A DNA stretch of 64,000 nt from Moniliella sp. 'wahieum' (lineage: Eukaryota). The notes beneath the pieces are model-generated. The model was not told where the DNA came from. It ran no database searches and worked only from the letters and a program-made list of their open reading frames with translations. Positions within the stretch are counted from its first letter, which is position 1. Each line of letters begins with the position of its first letter. Where the stretch lies: positions 744,001-808,000 of the forward strand of contig RSEE01000013.1 of NCBI GenBank assembly GCA_003971905.1, in the 5' to 3' direction. Shown here one piece after another: positions 26,212 through 38,820 of the stretch. The position numbers and the translations under genes are program-made.

Positions 26212-26967
26212 GCTGCCGAGGGGGGAAAGGCGGGCAGAGCCGGTGGGAGCGGGGGCGGTGGTGGCGGCGGCGGCAGCAGCAGCAGCAGCAGGCGGGGAGA
26301 GGGGGGTGGCGAGGGCGGGTGGAGTCAGCAGACGAAGGTGCGATGGTGTGTTGCTGGCGGCGGTGCGGTCGGGCTGCCTTCGCCTGGACGAGCGCGCGGC
26401 ATGGATGACCATCACGCGTGGGGCGCCCCAGCGCTCAGCCACAGGAGCTGAGTGGGGTGGGTGATCGGCTGGGCATGCAGCGCACTGGCCCCGTGCCTGT
26501 TCCCCTCCGCCACGAGCGCACCCCACCTGGCGGTGGAGAGAGGAGAGCACAGGAGTGGTGCGGTGCGCAAGGGCCGCCTGGGACCATCATGTTGATGACC
26601 AGCAGCACGAAGAGCTGCGGCCGTCGCTCCCCGCCGAGCGCACGTCCATCCAGTCCATCCAGCGATCCTGCGCTCCGACTCAGTACTCAGCCTGCCTGCG
26701 CGCCGCCCTTGCGCCTGGCCACTGCCTTGCCTGCCCTCCTGCGCTCCCCGCGCTTCGTCACATGCCACATCCCTCGTCTCTGGTCCTTCGTCCCCAAGTC
26801 CCTAGTCGCCAGCAGCTTTACCAGTCCCTATAGTTCCCTATCCGCTGCTCCAGCTACGATATACGACCCCGCTCCAGCCCCATGGCCATCCCAATCGCAA
26901 TTGTCCAGCATCGCAGCAGCGACGCTCCGCCCCACCCCTACACTGCACCCACACCCGCAGCACCGCA

Positions 26968-27958
26968 TCACAACTCGTCCCCGGTCGCCATGTGCACGTC
27001 GGCATTGTCGATCGCGTGCCGCTCCGTCTCCCCAGCCCCAGGAGCCCCACCCCGCTCCCGTATCTGCCGTTCCACCTTGGACAGGAACCGGCTCGGAGGC
27101 AGATGCTGTGGCCAGCCCGCTGGGCCCTCTCCCACACCTTCCCCCGCACCGTCCGAGGAAGAGAGGATGGCAGCCAACTCGTGTCCGGCCTCGGGCCCTG
27201 TTGGATCCAAATCCATCGAGGAAAGTGTCCCTGGCGGTCCAGCCGGAGACGAGGGAGGGTACAGTTCTTGTAGCCCTTTCTCCAGTGGGTTGGTCAGATA
27301 GGTTTGCCGACTGATGGGAGACGCTAGGTGGCGCAGCTTGTCAATCCCCGACACGTACCGGCTTCGTGGGCCTGGGCCCGACGAGCTGGGAGGCATGCCA
27401 TTCAACACTGTGCCCAGCGCAAGGTAGCCTTGCTGTGTCCCGGGCGAGGTGGGGGCAGGTGGGACGGTGGGGCGGGAGCGGGATGCGGACCGTGCCGTGT
27501 GGGTAGGCAAGCCGCGCCACTGCAGTTCCGCCTCGGTCGGGCGCGTTTCCAAAGCATCCGACACAGGGCGGACCGAGTCGGTAGACATGCGTTCTTCGTC
27601 CGGATCGGCTGGGATGGGGGGCAGGCTCCCGCTCGGGCGGGGCGTATGGCCTGGGCGCGGCACGGGTTCCGCCGCGGCCAGCGTGGCATCGGCGTTTTCG
27701 CGGCGGCCCGACCGGATGAGTTGGTGCAGGCCACCTAGGTTCTGTGTTGCTTCCTCTGCGAGCTTGGACGAGGGGGTTGGCTTGCGTGTGCGTTTGCGCA
27801 GGACGGGGCGGCGTGGGGCTGGGGCCACAAGGCGGGGGCCCTCGTCGGCATGCCCCGCTGGGCAGGGGGCGGGGCGGGAGGCGCTGCTGCGTACTGCTGG
27901 TGCTGAGGCTGTTGCTGGTGCTGGTGCTGCTGCTTGCGCTGTTGCTGCTGTGGTGCAT
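26968..27958 (-). CDS. Hypothetical Ser/Pro/Arg-rich protein
   Basis: 286-aa ORF 26968-27828, probably joined to ATG 27958 (MHHSSNS) by a frameshift. No domain recognised. Confidence 0.4.
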
Positions 27959-28626
27959 GGTGCCAGGGACTGCTACGAAGGCGCGGGAGCAGGTGGTGGT
28001 GGCGGGGCTGACACGGCCAGAGCGACCGGGTGGTGTCGCGCGGCCAGGAGCAGGCGGGAGCAGGCGGGAGCAGGCGGGAGCAGGGTGGTGGCGGTAGGTG
28101 GAGGACACTGGCGCGGTGCTGCCCCTCGTTTACTGGCCGGGCAAGGGTGCGGTGAGGAAACTGGCCATCTGACATCTGCTGCCTCGTTGCGAGGTGGCTG
28201 GCGCCTCTTGGACGGGTCTCTGTCGAATCCCCAGCTTTGGGGGGCAGCACCGCCATGAGCGCATCCGCTGCTGCCTCCGCTGCTCCCCAGCGCGTGCTGG
28301 CTATGCGCGTCGCGACGGGCGTGGTGTGCTGATAACCCAGCCCGCCGTCGTCTTCTGTCTGGTCGGGCGCTCGGTGGGATTGCCATTGCCCCCCGGTTGC
28401 GCATTCCCACCCACTGCGCTGACACTCAGCTGGCTGGACGCGAACGTTCAATGTTCACGTTCAGGGTTCAACTGTTCAACGCGCCTGTTACGTCATCGAA
28501 TCCAGCCGGCTGGCAGGTGGCAGTGGGGCGGCAGTGGCAGGCGCTGGGTTACTGCGCTGCGCCTCCCGCCTCAGGGTGGCGCACACCCAGCTCCCCCCGT
28601 CCCACGGCCAGCCACCACCATCCGCC

Positions 28627-29376
28627 ATGGCCGAGCTGTTTGAGGAGCACGCCAAGGACTTTATCTCTCTCGTCGACGATGTTCGCTCCCTGACTGGCCT
28701 CACTCCGGGCCATGCCAACGATGCCAAGCTAAAGGAAGCCGAGTCCACTGCGTACGAAGCCGAGGAGGCCGTGGCGCAGATGGAGGTGGAACTGCAGACC
28801 TTTCCAGCATCCATGAAGGCTCCGTACAGCATCAAGCTCCGCGAGGCCAAGGCCAACATGGACAAGCTTTGGCATGAGATTGTACGTTTTTTCTTTCCCT
28901 CCACCCCCACGTGGGTCGCATGGGTCGCACAATCCCCCCCGTAGGAGCGATGCGGCACGTGGGATGAACTGACTTTTCTTTGGCGTGGACAGAACGCGCT
29001 GCGCAGGGGCACATTTGACCCGGAAGTGGAAGGTGCCGACGACTCACAGCCGTCCACGGGGCTGGAACAGAGGCAGCGTCTTCTCCAAGGCACTGCCCGC
29101 CTGGAAAGTGGTGTGGACCGACTGCAAGCGTCGCAGCAACTTGCGCTCCAGACCGAGGAGTTGGGCGCCGACATTCTCTCGGACCTGCGTGGGCAGCGGG
29201 AACAGATCGAGCATGCGCGCGACACGTTACAGGAGGCAGATACGTCCCTGGATCGTTCGTCGCGCACCTTGCGGCGGATGATCATGACGGCGCGCAAACA
29301 AAAGGTCGTCACGACGGCAATCATTGTCGTCTTGGTTCTGCTCATCCTGCTCATCTTGTACCACAAGATCTTCTGA
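28627..29376 (+). CDS. VTI1: Vesicle transport Qb-SNARE Vti1
   Basis: Habc domain MAELFEEH..., intron 28882-28992 splices in frame, SNARE motif QRQRLLQGTARL..TEELGADILSDLRGQREQI, C-terminal TM. No frameshift needed. Confidence 0.95.
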
Positions 29377-29584
29377 TCGTTTATCCTTTCGTTCCTCCTC
29401 CTTCCCGATCCCGTTGGCTCCTTTTCTGTTTCTGTCGCTTTCCGGCGCCTACGTGGGGTTATCTATACGCGTTGAGTTGTGGAGTAGAGGACGGGCCATA
29501 GGCGGCGGGGGGAGCGGAGGAGGGAGAGACGTTCTAGTGTTTGAATAACAATTGTCAATAGTTGGTCGACGTTCCACCGAAGCT

Positions 29585-30248
29585 TTACGTCGGACGAGGT
29601 CGCGGTCAAAGAAGTAATGGCCCACGATGGCGCCTAGCCTAGGTCAGCATCCCAAAGGTTTCCAAGGGGCAGATCAACGTACCCACCACCACGGCCGCCG
29701 CAAGGTAAGCATTGTAACGAGGTCATAAAGATGTGCATCAGCCAACAGGAAAGAGCGATACGGGTACCATGGAGAGCAGCACGTTGGGGCTGAGTGGTGC
29801 AAGGGATGCAAACCGTGTGATGAGCAGCGAGGCGCAGGTACGCGGAAGCGCAGTGTCCCCTGTCCCAATCGCCGCTAGCACAGAAAAATCCGAGCTGGAG
29901 GACACACATCGCTGGACTGCAGCTCCAGCGCAGAGCGCCACGTCGTGGGCACCGATGGTCGACCGAAGCCACTCGAAGGCGGCGGACAGATATGCACATG
30001 TGGCAGTCATGTAGAGGTAAAGGTCAAACGTAGAGGGGATCTTTCAAGCGCGAAACAGCACTAACGTCTTGAGGGTAACCCCAGTTCCAAATCATGTTCA
30101 TCTTGCACAGAGGCGACGGTATGGGCGACAGGTGGGGATGGAATGCCCCTGATGGGCGACAGGTGGGGGATGGATTGCCCAGGGGCATTCCAGGCATGTC
30201 GGGGTCCTTGGCCATGGTCATGGTCATGGTCATGGTCATGGATGCCAT
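29585..30248 (-). pseudogene. Ctr-family copper transporter (Ctr2-like), disrupted as sequenced
   Basis: Met-rich N-terminus MTMTMTMTM, CKMNMIWNW, AAFEWLR, RAALHG..LMHIFMT (MxxxM) and YNAYLAAAVVVG. Several frameshifts and a TGA at the conserved Trp (FRA*KI, 30044-30046). Could equally be an intact gene with read errors. Confidence 0.7.
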
Positions 30249-30736
30249 CACGGCAGCATGGTCTTACTCCATCGTATGAGAGAGAGATCGGGACGCATAC
30301 GAGGTGAGGGTCGAGGGTCTGAGCCACGGAGAAGATTGTGGAGGCTGGGGGAGGTTAGAGATCAGACAGATCCCTTCGACCTTTTAGGCTCACCAATCCG
30401 TCCACTTCTGAACCTGGCAACTTTCGTGATTTCCGGCTGCCGATGTATTTTCCTCCTAACGGTCTGACAAAATACAGGCCACTCTTTGGTATTTGGAAAC
30501 GATCAGAGTCATGCCGACTTCGCCCAGCCTATCATTATCGCCTCTGCGTAATCGGTCTTGCATAACGTGTTCATCCATCCAAGCGTTCATGGTATACATC
30601 ATGTTCTAATCACAGCGCCCACTCTTTTCTAACATGACAGGTGAGATGGTCATCATGGTGCATTACCATGTCCATGCCCATGGGGAAAGCCAAGACCACG
30701 CTCGTCCCATGAAGCCATGAAGAAAGGACGGCGATT

Positions 30737-31468
30737 TCAGATGGGCAGCAAACTCATCCCTCCCCTCGCGATCAGGGATCCGGCATAGCGGAGAGTGGTG
30801 AGGCCTCCTGGGAAGTACGCGGCCAAGTAGGCCAGGAGAGCAACGACTTGGGCCGCAGCAGCAATCATAGTGGGGAGGATGTACCTTGGCCCAAGGGCAA
30901 GATAGAGGGTGAGACCCATGGTGCCAAAGTAAGCCAAGGTAAAGGGCAGTCGGGCACGGGCACAGAGATGTTGCAAGTAGGCCACTGGTCCCGACAGGAT
31001 GGCAAAGCCGAGGAAGAAGAGCAGCGATCCGGCGGTAAACGCAAATGCGAATTTGTGGGGCCTGAGCGTAGGAAAACGGGAGAAGCAAGACGAAGCGAAG
31101 AAGAAGAAGCATACTGCCGAGCCAGCAATGCAGGCGAGGAAGCCCAGTAGCCTAGTGCGCAGAGGATCGGATGGCAGTCAGTCAGTACCGGGGGCTCGGC
31201 AACGCAAGCGGCAGCACCTACCTTTCCCAACGCGACAGACTCAGCATGGCTTCCTCCTCATCGGTGTGTTCGGAGCTTCGGAGGGGAACGTAGGCTGACA
31301 TGCCGGCTGCATCGCTCACACGCGCGGGCAGCGACGCCAGGGTGGCTCCGAACCCGCCGCCGCCGCGGGACTGGGACGCAGGCGTGGGCAGGCCGCCGTC
31401 TGGGCGCCCTGGGCCCAGCGGAAGCCGGCCATCTGGGAGCGGAAGGCGTTGGCGGTGCTGTCGGTCAT
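30737..31468 (-). CDS. SFT2: Got1/Sft2-family Golgi membrane protein Sft2
   Basis: YVPLRS..LSRWER|LLGFLAC across intron 31152-31221, RPHKFAFAFTAGSLLF, RLPFTLAYFGTMGLTLY, YLAAYFPGG. Confidence 0.92.
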
Positions 31469-31718
31469 GGCGAGCGCAGGCAGAGGCAGGCAAGGCGCGG
31501 TGGCGGCGTCGCGATCGCAGGGACAGCCGCCAGAGAGAGCGCGCCAGCCGACTGCGGTGGCCGATGGGGGCGGTCATCGATGCCCAGGCAGGCCTTAGGC
31601 GCACCGGTGAGCGTCGCCCGCGAGGCACTGCACGCAGCAGGCACTGCCGTGCCGCGAGGCGGAATGGAGCACGTGGGCGGAATGGGGCGAGGGAGTCGGC
31701 CCAAATCAAGCGTCACGC

Positions 31719-31738
31719 TCACGCGTCACGCGTCACGC
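31719..31738. promoter_or_regulatory. (TCACGCG)x3 tandem MCB-like (ACGCGT) element in the SFT2/PAN3 bidirectional promoter
   Basis: Motif seen directly and recurs at 55423-55435 and 57694-57714. Regulatory function is inferred. Confidence 0.4.
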
Positions 31739-31834
31739 CTCAGGCTGGCAGCAGCGAGGCAGCCGCGAGAGGAAACGCCTCGCAACTCCATCCCCCGACG
31801 CGTTTGCCGCCTCGCATCCCCCCGTCCGTCGGCC

Positions 31835-34353
31835 ATGAGCACCCGGCCCTCCGCCACCGCCCCCGTCTTCTCCCCCCGCCGCCCCGGCCCCGGCCCCGGC
31901 CCATCGGGCTCGCCGCTCGGCCTGGGCCCAGGCCACATGTACGTGCCTCCGCTCGCGTCGGGCGCCAGCTCCCCGCCGTTGGGCACGCCGCTTTCGAGCC
32001 ATGCCCAGGCGTTCCAGCCGCCATCCAACACAACGCCGTCGCCCGCCTCGGCACCTCGCTCGCTGGCCTCGCCCTCGACCCCAACCCGCCCGCCTCCCCG
32101 GCGCGTCCACTCTCTCTGCCCGCGCTGCCAAGGCTGCCGTATTCGTCCCGCGTAGCGTCGCGCCTACCCCGGCCCAGTCCAGCCCGGCCGCGACCGAGCC
32201 TCCAAATCCGCTCCCGCCCACTAGTATGAGCGCGGTGCTCCGCGCTGCCCCTTTCCACCCGCAGTCGCGTCCCAGTTCCCGGCCCTCGACCCCTTCTCGC
32301 CCTCTGCCTTCCAATGGGGCCCGTGCAGGCGTCTACTTGCCTCCCGACGAAGCATGGCCATCCCCAGACTACACCGACCCGATCGGGCGGGTGCGGCGGG
32401 CGTGGCCGGGTCTTCGGCTGGGTCCGTGCCGATGCCACCATACGCGCCGCAGTACACCAACTCTGTCCAGGCCAATGCGGCGAACCATGCGGCTGCTCTC
32501 ACGGCGGGGGCCAGTAGGATGGGGTTGCCTCCCACCTTGGCACAGCAGCAGCCGACCCTGGCACTACAGTACCAGCTCTACGCGCCTGCCGGTCCCCCCC
32601 CGCGTCTGCCGGTCAACGCCTCTGCCTCGTCCTCCGACACGGCAGCCAGCATTGCCGCGCCGATGTCTTCTTCCTTCCCTCCAACTTGAGTGAGCAGCTG
32701 CGCCGGCGGCAAGAAGCCACCTGGACCGGTCCCGTCCCGCCTGCTCTGCATGGTCCTCAGCTGCCTGAGAATGTCAACAAGTATCACAGTCTGTGTCCGT
32801 TGGAGCGACTGCCTCCTGCGCTCGACTCGGCTTCCATGGCCCACCTGGGCGCTGCTGCGGCCGCGGCATCGACGGGGCTTCCCTCTGCCTTGGCTCCACC
32901 CGAGTTTGCTGCTCAGGCGCCCGTCCCACTGGGAGGGCAGCCGTCCAGTACGTTCCGTGGCTTCCCCACTACGGTGTACAAGGCGCTGTCGCAAGAGGAT
33001 GGGCGGACGTATTGTCTGACGCGCATTGCGAATTTCCGGTTGGGTGCCGACGCGCACTTGGCTGCTGTCCAGCGCTGGCGCAACGCGCTCAACAATCCCC
33101 GTCGCCCTCCTCTGCCGGGGGTGGTAGGGTGTACGAAGCGTTTACCACCCATGCCTTTGGCGGTTCCAACTTAATTTTCGTCAGCGAGTACCACGCCTGC
33201 AGCGTCACCCTCGCCCAGGCCCATCTCTCCTCCAAGCCCACCGCACTGACCGACGTGTACCGTCCCTATGCCCAGGCAGCGTATGCAAGGCAGAACTATG
33301 CCCGCCAACCGGCCGCGAGCACACGTCTGTCCGAAGCAACGCTGTGGATCTACCTTGTCCAGATGGCTACCGCCCTTCGTTCTGTCCATGCTGCCGGGCT
33401 GGCCGTGCGCGCCATCACGCCGCACAAGGTACTGCTTACTGAGCCTGGTAAGGTCCGGTTTTCGGGTGGCAGTGTGCTAGATGTGTTGGATCCGTTGCCC
33501 GAGGGCGCGCTGCCTCCGCCCGGTGTGGGCGCCGAGCACCCGACCGAGGTGCAAGTGGAGGACCTTGTTCTTGTTGCCAAGTTGATTCTTACCCTTGCTG
33601 CTGGGAGTGCTGAAGCGGTGCAGAGTGCAGCGGACATCCCCGCTGCGCTGGCCATGCTACGTGGAAGCTATTCTGCCGAGCTGGAAGAGGTGGTGCGCTG
33701 GATGCTGCAAGGCGAAGGACGGAGCGCAACGTCGCTGGTTGTGCGCTTAGCGCCTCACTTGGCAGATACGTTGAATGTGTCGTTGGGGCATCGGATGTGC
33801 TGCAATCGGGACTGCAGAAAGAGGTGGAGAATGGTAGGTTGGTTCGGTTGCTGTGCAAGCTCGGGTTTATCAATGAGCGCGGCGAGCTGAACCAAGACAT
33901 GCGCTGGTCCGAAACTGGCGATCGGTACTTGGTCAAACTCTTTCGCGACGCCGTCTTCCATGCCTCGACCGAGGCCGGCACCCCGCTCGTCGACTTGAGC
34001 TACATCTTGGTCAACCTCAACAAACTCGATGCCGGCTCGGAGGAACGGTTGCTTCTGACTAGTCGCGACGAGCAAACCTGCATTGTGGTGAGCTACCATG
34101 AAGTATGTCCCTGGACCCTACCACCGTTGAGCCGCGAGCTTCCACTTACGTTTTCCTTTTCCTTCCCGTTTCCGTTTTTATTTCCGTTCCGTTTCCGTTT
34201 CCGTTTCCGTTTTATTTCCGTTTCCGTTTACGTTTCCGTTTCCGTTTCGTTGGCTTTGTGTTTCCTTTGGCGTTTGCGTTTGTTGGGGGGATCGTTGTTG
34301 TGCAGATCAAGCAAGCCATCGAGTCGGCGTTCCAAGAACTTTGCCATCAATAG
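31835..34353 (+). CDS. PAN3: PAN2-PAN3 deadenylase subunit Pan3 (pseudokinase)
   Basis: LQYQLYAP, YHSLCPLE, TVYKALSQEDGRTYCL, EAFTTHAFG, ENGRLVRLLCKLGFINER..WSETGDRYLVKLFRD and LNKLDAG..LTSRDEQ. Last intron 34103-34305. Confidence 0.95.
34160..34250. repeat. (TTTCCG)n degenerate hexamer microsatellite inside the last PAN3 intron
   Basis: Directly visible. Confidence 0.8.
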
Positions 34354-34921
34354 TAACCCCGCCCGTCTTATCAACGTTCCCCGTCGCACGTCCCCTCTAT
34401 CCTTTCCCCGTTGCTGTCTATTCCGCTCTCTGTCTCTCCTTGGGCTGCTGTATCCCTATGGAATGCGCATGGAATCGCCTTGCTCACCGTCAACAGGACA
34501 GCTAGCGAGGTGGAACAGGATAATCCAACCAATGCACACTCCGCAAGTGACGTGACTCCCTATGGCGCCAGCGGGCGCACGAGCAGGGACCGGGAGCAGC
34601 AGCAGCATCGTAACTTGACTCATGTGACGGTCAGCACATATGTAGGTCTCTAGATGTAGGCGCTGAGGTTGAGCGTTGAGCGGCTGAGCCTCGATAGGAT
34701 TCGCTGTCGCGGCGGCTCGACCACCCTATCCCCAACACAGACATTACTCGGAGTTTGAGGAAAGGTGGAGAGCAGTTAAGGCATTCATTCCAGCACGGCG
34801 ATGGCTGGAGAACGAGAGATGCAGACGAGTGGTGAGGAACGACAAGGCGTTTTTGGGGGGGAAGGGGGAAGGGGGAGGGGGAAGGGTGGAATGAGGGACA
34901 AGGACCCTGGGAGCAGAAAAA

Positions 34922-36579
34922 TTACAAGAACGATGCTTGACCGCGGCGAGCCATCTGGAAGGAAAAGAAAGAAAGAGAAAAAGGTGACGCGTTAGTCCAA
35001 GTTCGAACAAAAGAGAAAACACCTCGCCCAACAAACGGGTACGCACCTCGATGATCTTCCACCCGCCCGTGATCTCATTGTCGAGCATGCTCTCGTCGCG
35101 AGTGAGGACCAAGGCGTACCGACACGCCTCGGCCTGGTCCTTGTTGCCAGCTTTGACCTCGCCGGTGCGCGGGTCGGTAAAGTACATGAGCTCCTGCGAG
35201 GCGCAGGTGACAACACGACGGGCAGACCGCCATCAAGCATCTTGCCATTAAGAATCTCAATCGAGTCGAGGTCGAGCAACGGCCATGAGGAATGTAGCCC
35301 TTGGCCAGGAACGGGTCGACAGTGGCCATGATCACATTGTACGTTGCCTCGCACACCACTGGCGCAAGCAAGCGCGAGCCCGCGTGGTAGCATCAATAAA
35401 CTCGGGCAGCACATACTCGCGCAGCTCAACATTGAACCGAGCCAGGCTAAACCCAGGTTCTTGCGACCGCAGCGCCCGGACCACCTGCGCCGTCTCATTC
35501 TCCTCAAACCAGCCCCCGATCCTGTCGGTGATGGAGCGTACGCGCTCCACCGCAGGCGCTTCCGACTCGGCGTACACCTCCTTAAACTCGGACCATTTGC
35601 GGCCAATAAACGAGTCGGAAATCACATTCTTCAGCTTCCCCCCGTCGACTCCTTCTCGGGCGCACACCAGCGCTTCCCCGGCATTGGGTTCTCGAGTACA
35701 CGCGAGTGACGGCATAGCCAGCCAGTCGTTTTGGCGTGCCCGCCAGCCGGTCCGCTTCTTCCGCTGCCGCCGCATCGGCTTCGGCCGACTTTTGGATCAT
35801 CTCCGGGCTGATGCCCATGGCTTCAGCGCGAGCGGCCAGTTCCGGTCCACCGACGGGGTAGGGTCGGCCTCCACGTCGTGCACAGGCGGTTGACGTCCAA
35901 TCCGCTTCAGACGAGCTGCGCGACGGGCCGCACGGGCGCGTCGGGCATCGGCCGCCTCGGCCTGGTCATCGTACATGCGTATGCCGAACCACCATCGTCA
36001 ACGCCTCGGCCACGTGGTGCTAAAGGCACGGTAGGCTTCCGTGTTGCGCACAGGGGCGGTAGTTTTGTCGGCAACGTTAGCGATGCCACGGCCGACGGCA
36101 CCGAGCGCGCGCGCCAACTCGCTCTCCTCCAACTGCTTCAACGCCTCACCAACGGCATCGCCCACTTTGCCACCGGACTTTTTCAGCTGGTTCGCAGCCG
36201 CCTGAAGCTTGGGGTTCTCCTTGAGACTGGCCACAAGCGCATCCGCTCGTACGCCGCCTTGGCCTGCTGCAGCGCCGCACTGTCTTGCACCTTGCCCGCC
36301 TCGCCCTGGAGCTGGCGTACGTTGTCCTGCAGCTCCTTGTTCTTGCGCAGCTCCTCCTTGAGCGTCTCGACAAACACGGCGAACGGGACCGGGGCGCATC
36401 GAAGACACGGCGGGAGGCATGGAAGGCACGAGCGGCGGCGTAGGCAGCGGGGGCCGGGGCCGGGCCACGCAGGGCCAGGGACGGGCGGCGGCGCGGGCAC
36501 GCAGCGCGGCGACATAGGCGGGGCGTGGGAGCGATCCCCGTGCCAGGAGCGGCGCAACGGCGGTTATTCTGGGCAGCAT
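34922..36579 (-). CDS. TIM44: Mitochondrial import inner membrane translocase subunit Tim44
   Basis: Presequence MLPRITAV, PFAVFVETLKEELRKNKELQDNVRQLQG, GWFEENETAQV, EATYNV, NEITGGWKIIE|MARRGQASFL* (intron 34955-35046). Confidence 0.95.
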
Positions 36580-37684
36580 CCTCAGCGCGTGGGCGTCGGA
36601 GGGCGGGAGGGAGGGAAGAGGAGGAGGAGGGAAAGGAGGAGGAGGGTGCGAGCGAGGAGTGGCGAGCACCCCGAAGAAACAAGCCCACAGTCAGCTGCTG
36701 CTGCCCCCCGCCCGCAAGAACCAAGAATGCCGTCATTCCGCCATCCAGCGGCGTCCGCATGCTCCGCCACCCGCGTTGCACCGAGCGCTCCCGCAGGCAA
36801 GGAAACATGTTCCCCGTCACGTGCTTGCCATCCGCGGCCTTCGATTCGGCTCGCTTTCAACCGGACGGCCGAGCATGGTGGTCTGGCCTGCTTTGGTCCC
36901 GGCCCACTCTCCCACCAGCACATCGTCCAGCCCCTCGGACGCCTGGGGCGCTCCGGAGAGGGCGATGCCGCACGGCAGCCGTCGCAGACTGCCATGAGGT
37001 GCGAGCCACTCCCTCCCCCGGCCAGCAGTAGAAGATGCAATTCCATCGGCCCCCCGGCCACCGGTCGATGACCGCCGCCCTTTTCATCCCTCCCAACGCA
37101 GCCACAGTAGACACCCGCTGTGGACAGTAGATACCCGCAGTGGTGTATTCTAGGCCAGCCAGACTCCGACCTGCACTCTCCCGGGCCATGGCATGCTCTC
37201 CAGGCGATTACGCGGCCCTTCCTCGACCCCCCTGCCCTTTCTGCTGTCGGCAGGCATTCCCGGCGGTGACCAACTCGACGCTGGCTGTGGGCATGCGAGG
37301 CTCCATGAGCATATTCATTGGCAGCCTCCTCCCCTCTCCCAACCGAAGCGACAAGGAATGGCCCCACCTGGTAGGCCCCCGGAGGCTCTATCGATCCTGG
37401 CTCGGGACTACGGCGCATGTCGTACCTGCATCCAGAGTAATTGGCATTGAATATATGCATCCAGACGGGTAGACGGGTAGACGTGTGGCGCCCCAAGAAG
37501 CTGCGCCGACGCTCATCATGCCAACCGAGGGAGCTCAGCGCGCCCTCTCGGCATCTCGCTTTGTTGCATGGTAGGCAGTCCACCTCGTCAGCCAACTGAA
37601 TCCAATTGGATTCCAGTCCCAGCCGCTCGCACATCCTCGCCCCCCTATCCCCCCCCCCTCCCCACGTGCCGATTTTGATGGGGC

Positions 37685-38820
37685 TTATGGCCCTGCTGTA
37701 GCAAACACATACGCAGGAGAGCTGCCTCGCCAATTGTCCGTTTCGGCCGCTGGGCTCGACGGCACTGGGCTGGGCTCGACGGTGGAGGGAGCCAAAACCG
37801 ACGCAGGAAGGGGAGTGCGTCGTGCCGCGCCGCGTTTCGCATCGGGTGGGGCGGGGGAAGCCGAAGCGGCCTCGCCAGGAGCCAAGAGCACGTGCGAGGT
37901 GCCGGTCCAGTCGCCCGCGCGGTGTTCGAGGCGGGTCCCGATCCCTTCAGGCGGCGCACGCACCACCGCCCCAGGCACCTCAATCACCGCCTTGACATTG
38001 TTGGTAGCCCGAGCCTCCTGCGCGCCGCCTGGGCCCGCGCATGCGGATCAAAGTCCCGGTCCGGTCCGGCCCTACGTCGGCACCACCACCGCCCCCCCGC
38101 CCAGGGTAGGAATCATGCGCGTGCCCGTCATCCAATGGCGTGAGCGCGTCGTCCGGTCGCGTGGCCCCAGCGGGGCCGCCGGGGCAAACCCAATCGTCAA
38201 TTTGGGCGGGGGCTTGACCGGGGCCGCCGAGGGCGGCACCCAGCCCCGCCCGCGCTTCCCCCCCGTCGCTCTCCCCGCCCGAAGCGGCCGTACTACCCGG
38301 TACAGGCGAGACGGGGCGAGAGGAAGGCGGGTCGTGCGGCCGAGGACTGGCGGTCGGCGCGGTAGCGCTGCCTTGTCGCCTGCCTTGGTTCCCTTGCGCC
38401 AGTTGGGCCGGGCCGACGCGGCCTGCGCACCGCCCGCCTTGGCAGTCAGCTTGCGCGCTTGGCACCCACCCACCCCGTTTTCGGGCCCGGCCGAGGGGGG
38501 CTGCTGGTGCCCGATGCGGTGGTGGCGGCCGCGTGCAGCAGAGACGCTGACTGGAGGGGCGCTTCTTCTTCTTGGAAGGCTTGGGTGGGGGCGGCCGGCG
38601 GCGGCCCATCGTCCTCGAGCTCGTCGGCCTCTTCTGGTCAGCGGGAGGGGAGGTTAGGCGTCAGGCGTCAGGTGGTCAGGTGGCAGGGCCGGGGAGGGGG
38701 GGGGTACACACCGCTTTCCAGGTCGGGGTCAGCGCCGGCGGAGGAGGCGTGGGTGGGGCTGGCGGTGAGGGGGGAGGCGTGGGCCGAGGGCGGGTGGAGG
38801 CGGAGCTTGATCTTGGCCAT
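37685..38820 (-). CDS. Hypothetical basic nuclear protein (weak Ies4/INO80-subunit-like motif)
   Basis: MAKIKLRL start, KKKKR NLS, and motif GPRDRTTRSRHWMTGTRMIPTLGG. Frameshifted; boundaries approximate. Confidence 0.4.

Noticed and set aside
36582..37733. 383-aa minus-strand ORF upstream of TIM44
   Set aside because: No recognisable domain; it spans the TIM44 promoter/UTR and is probably spurious.
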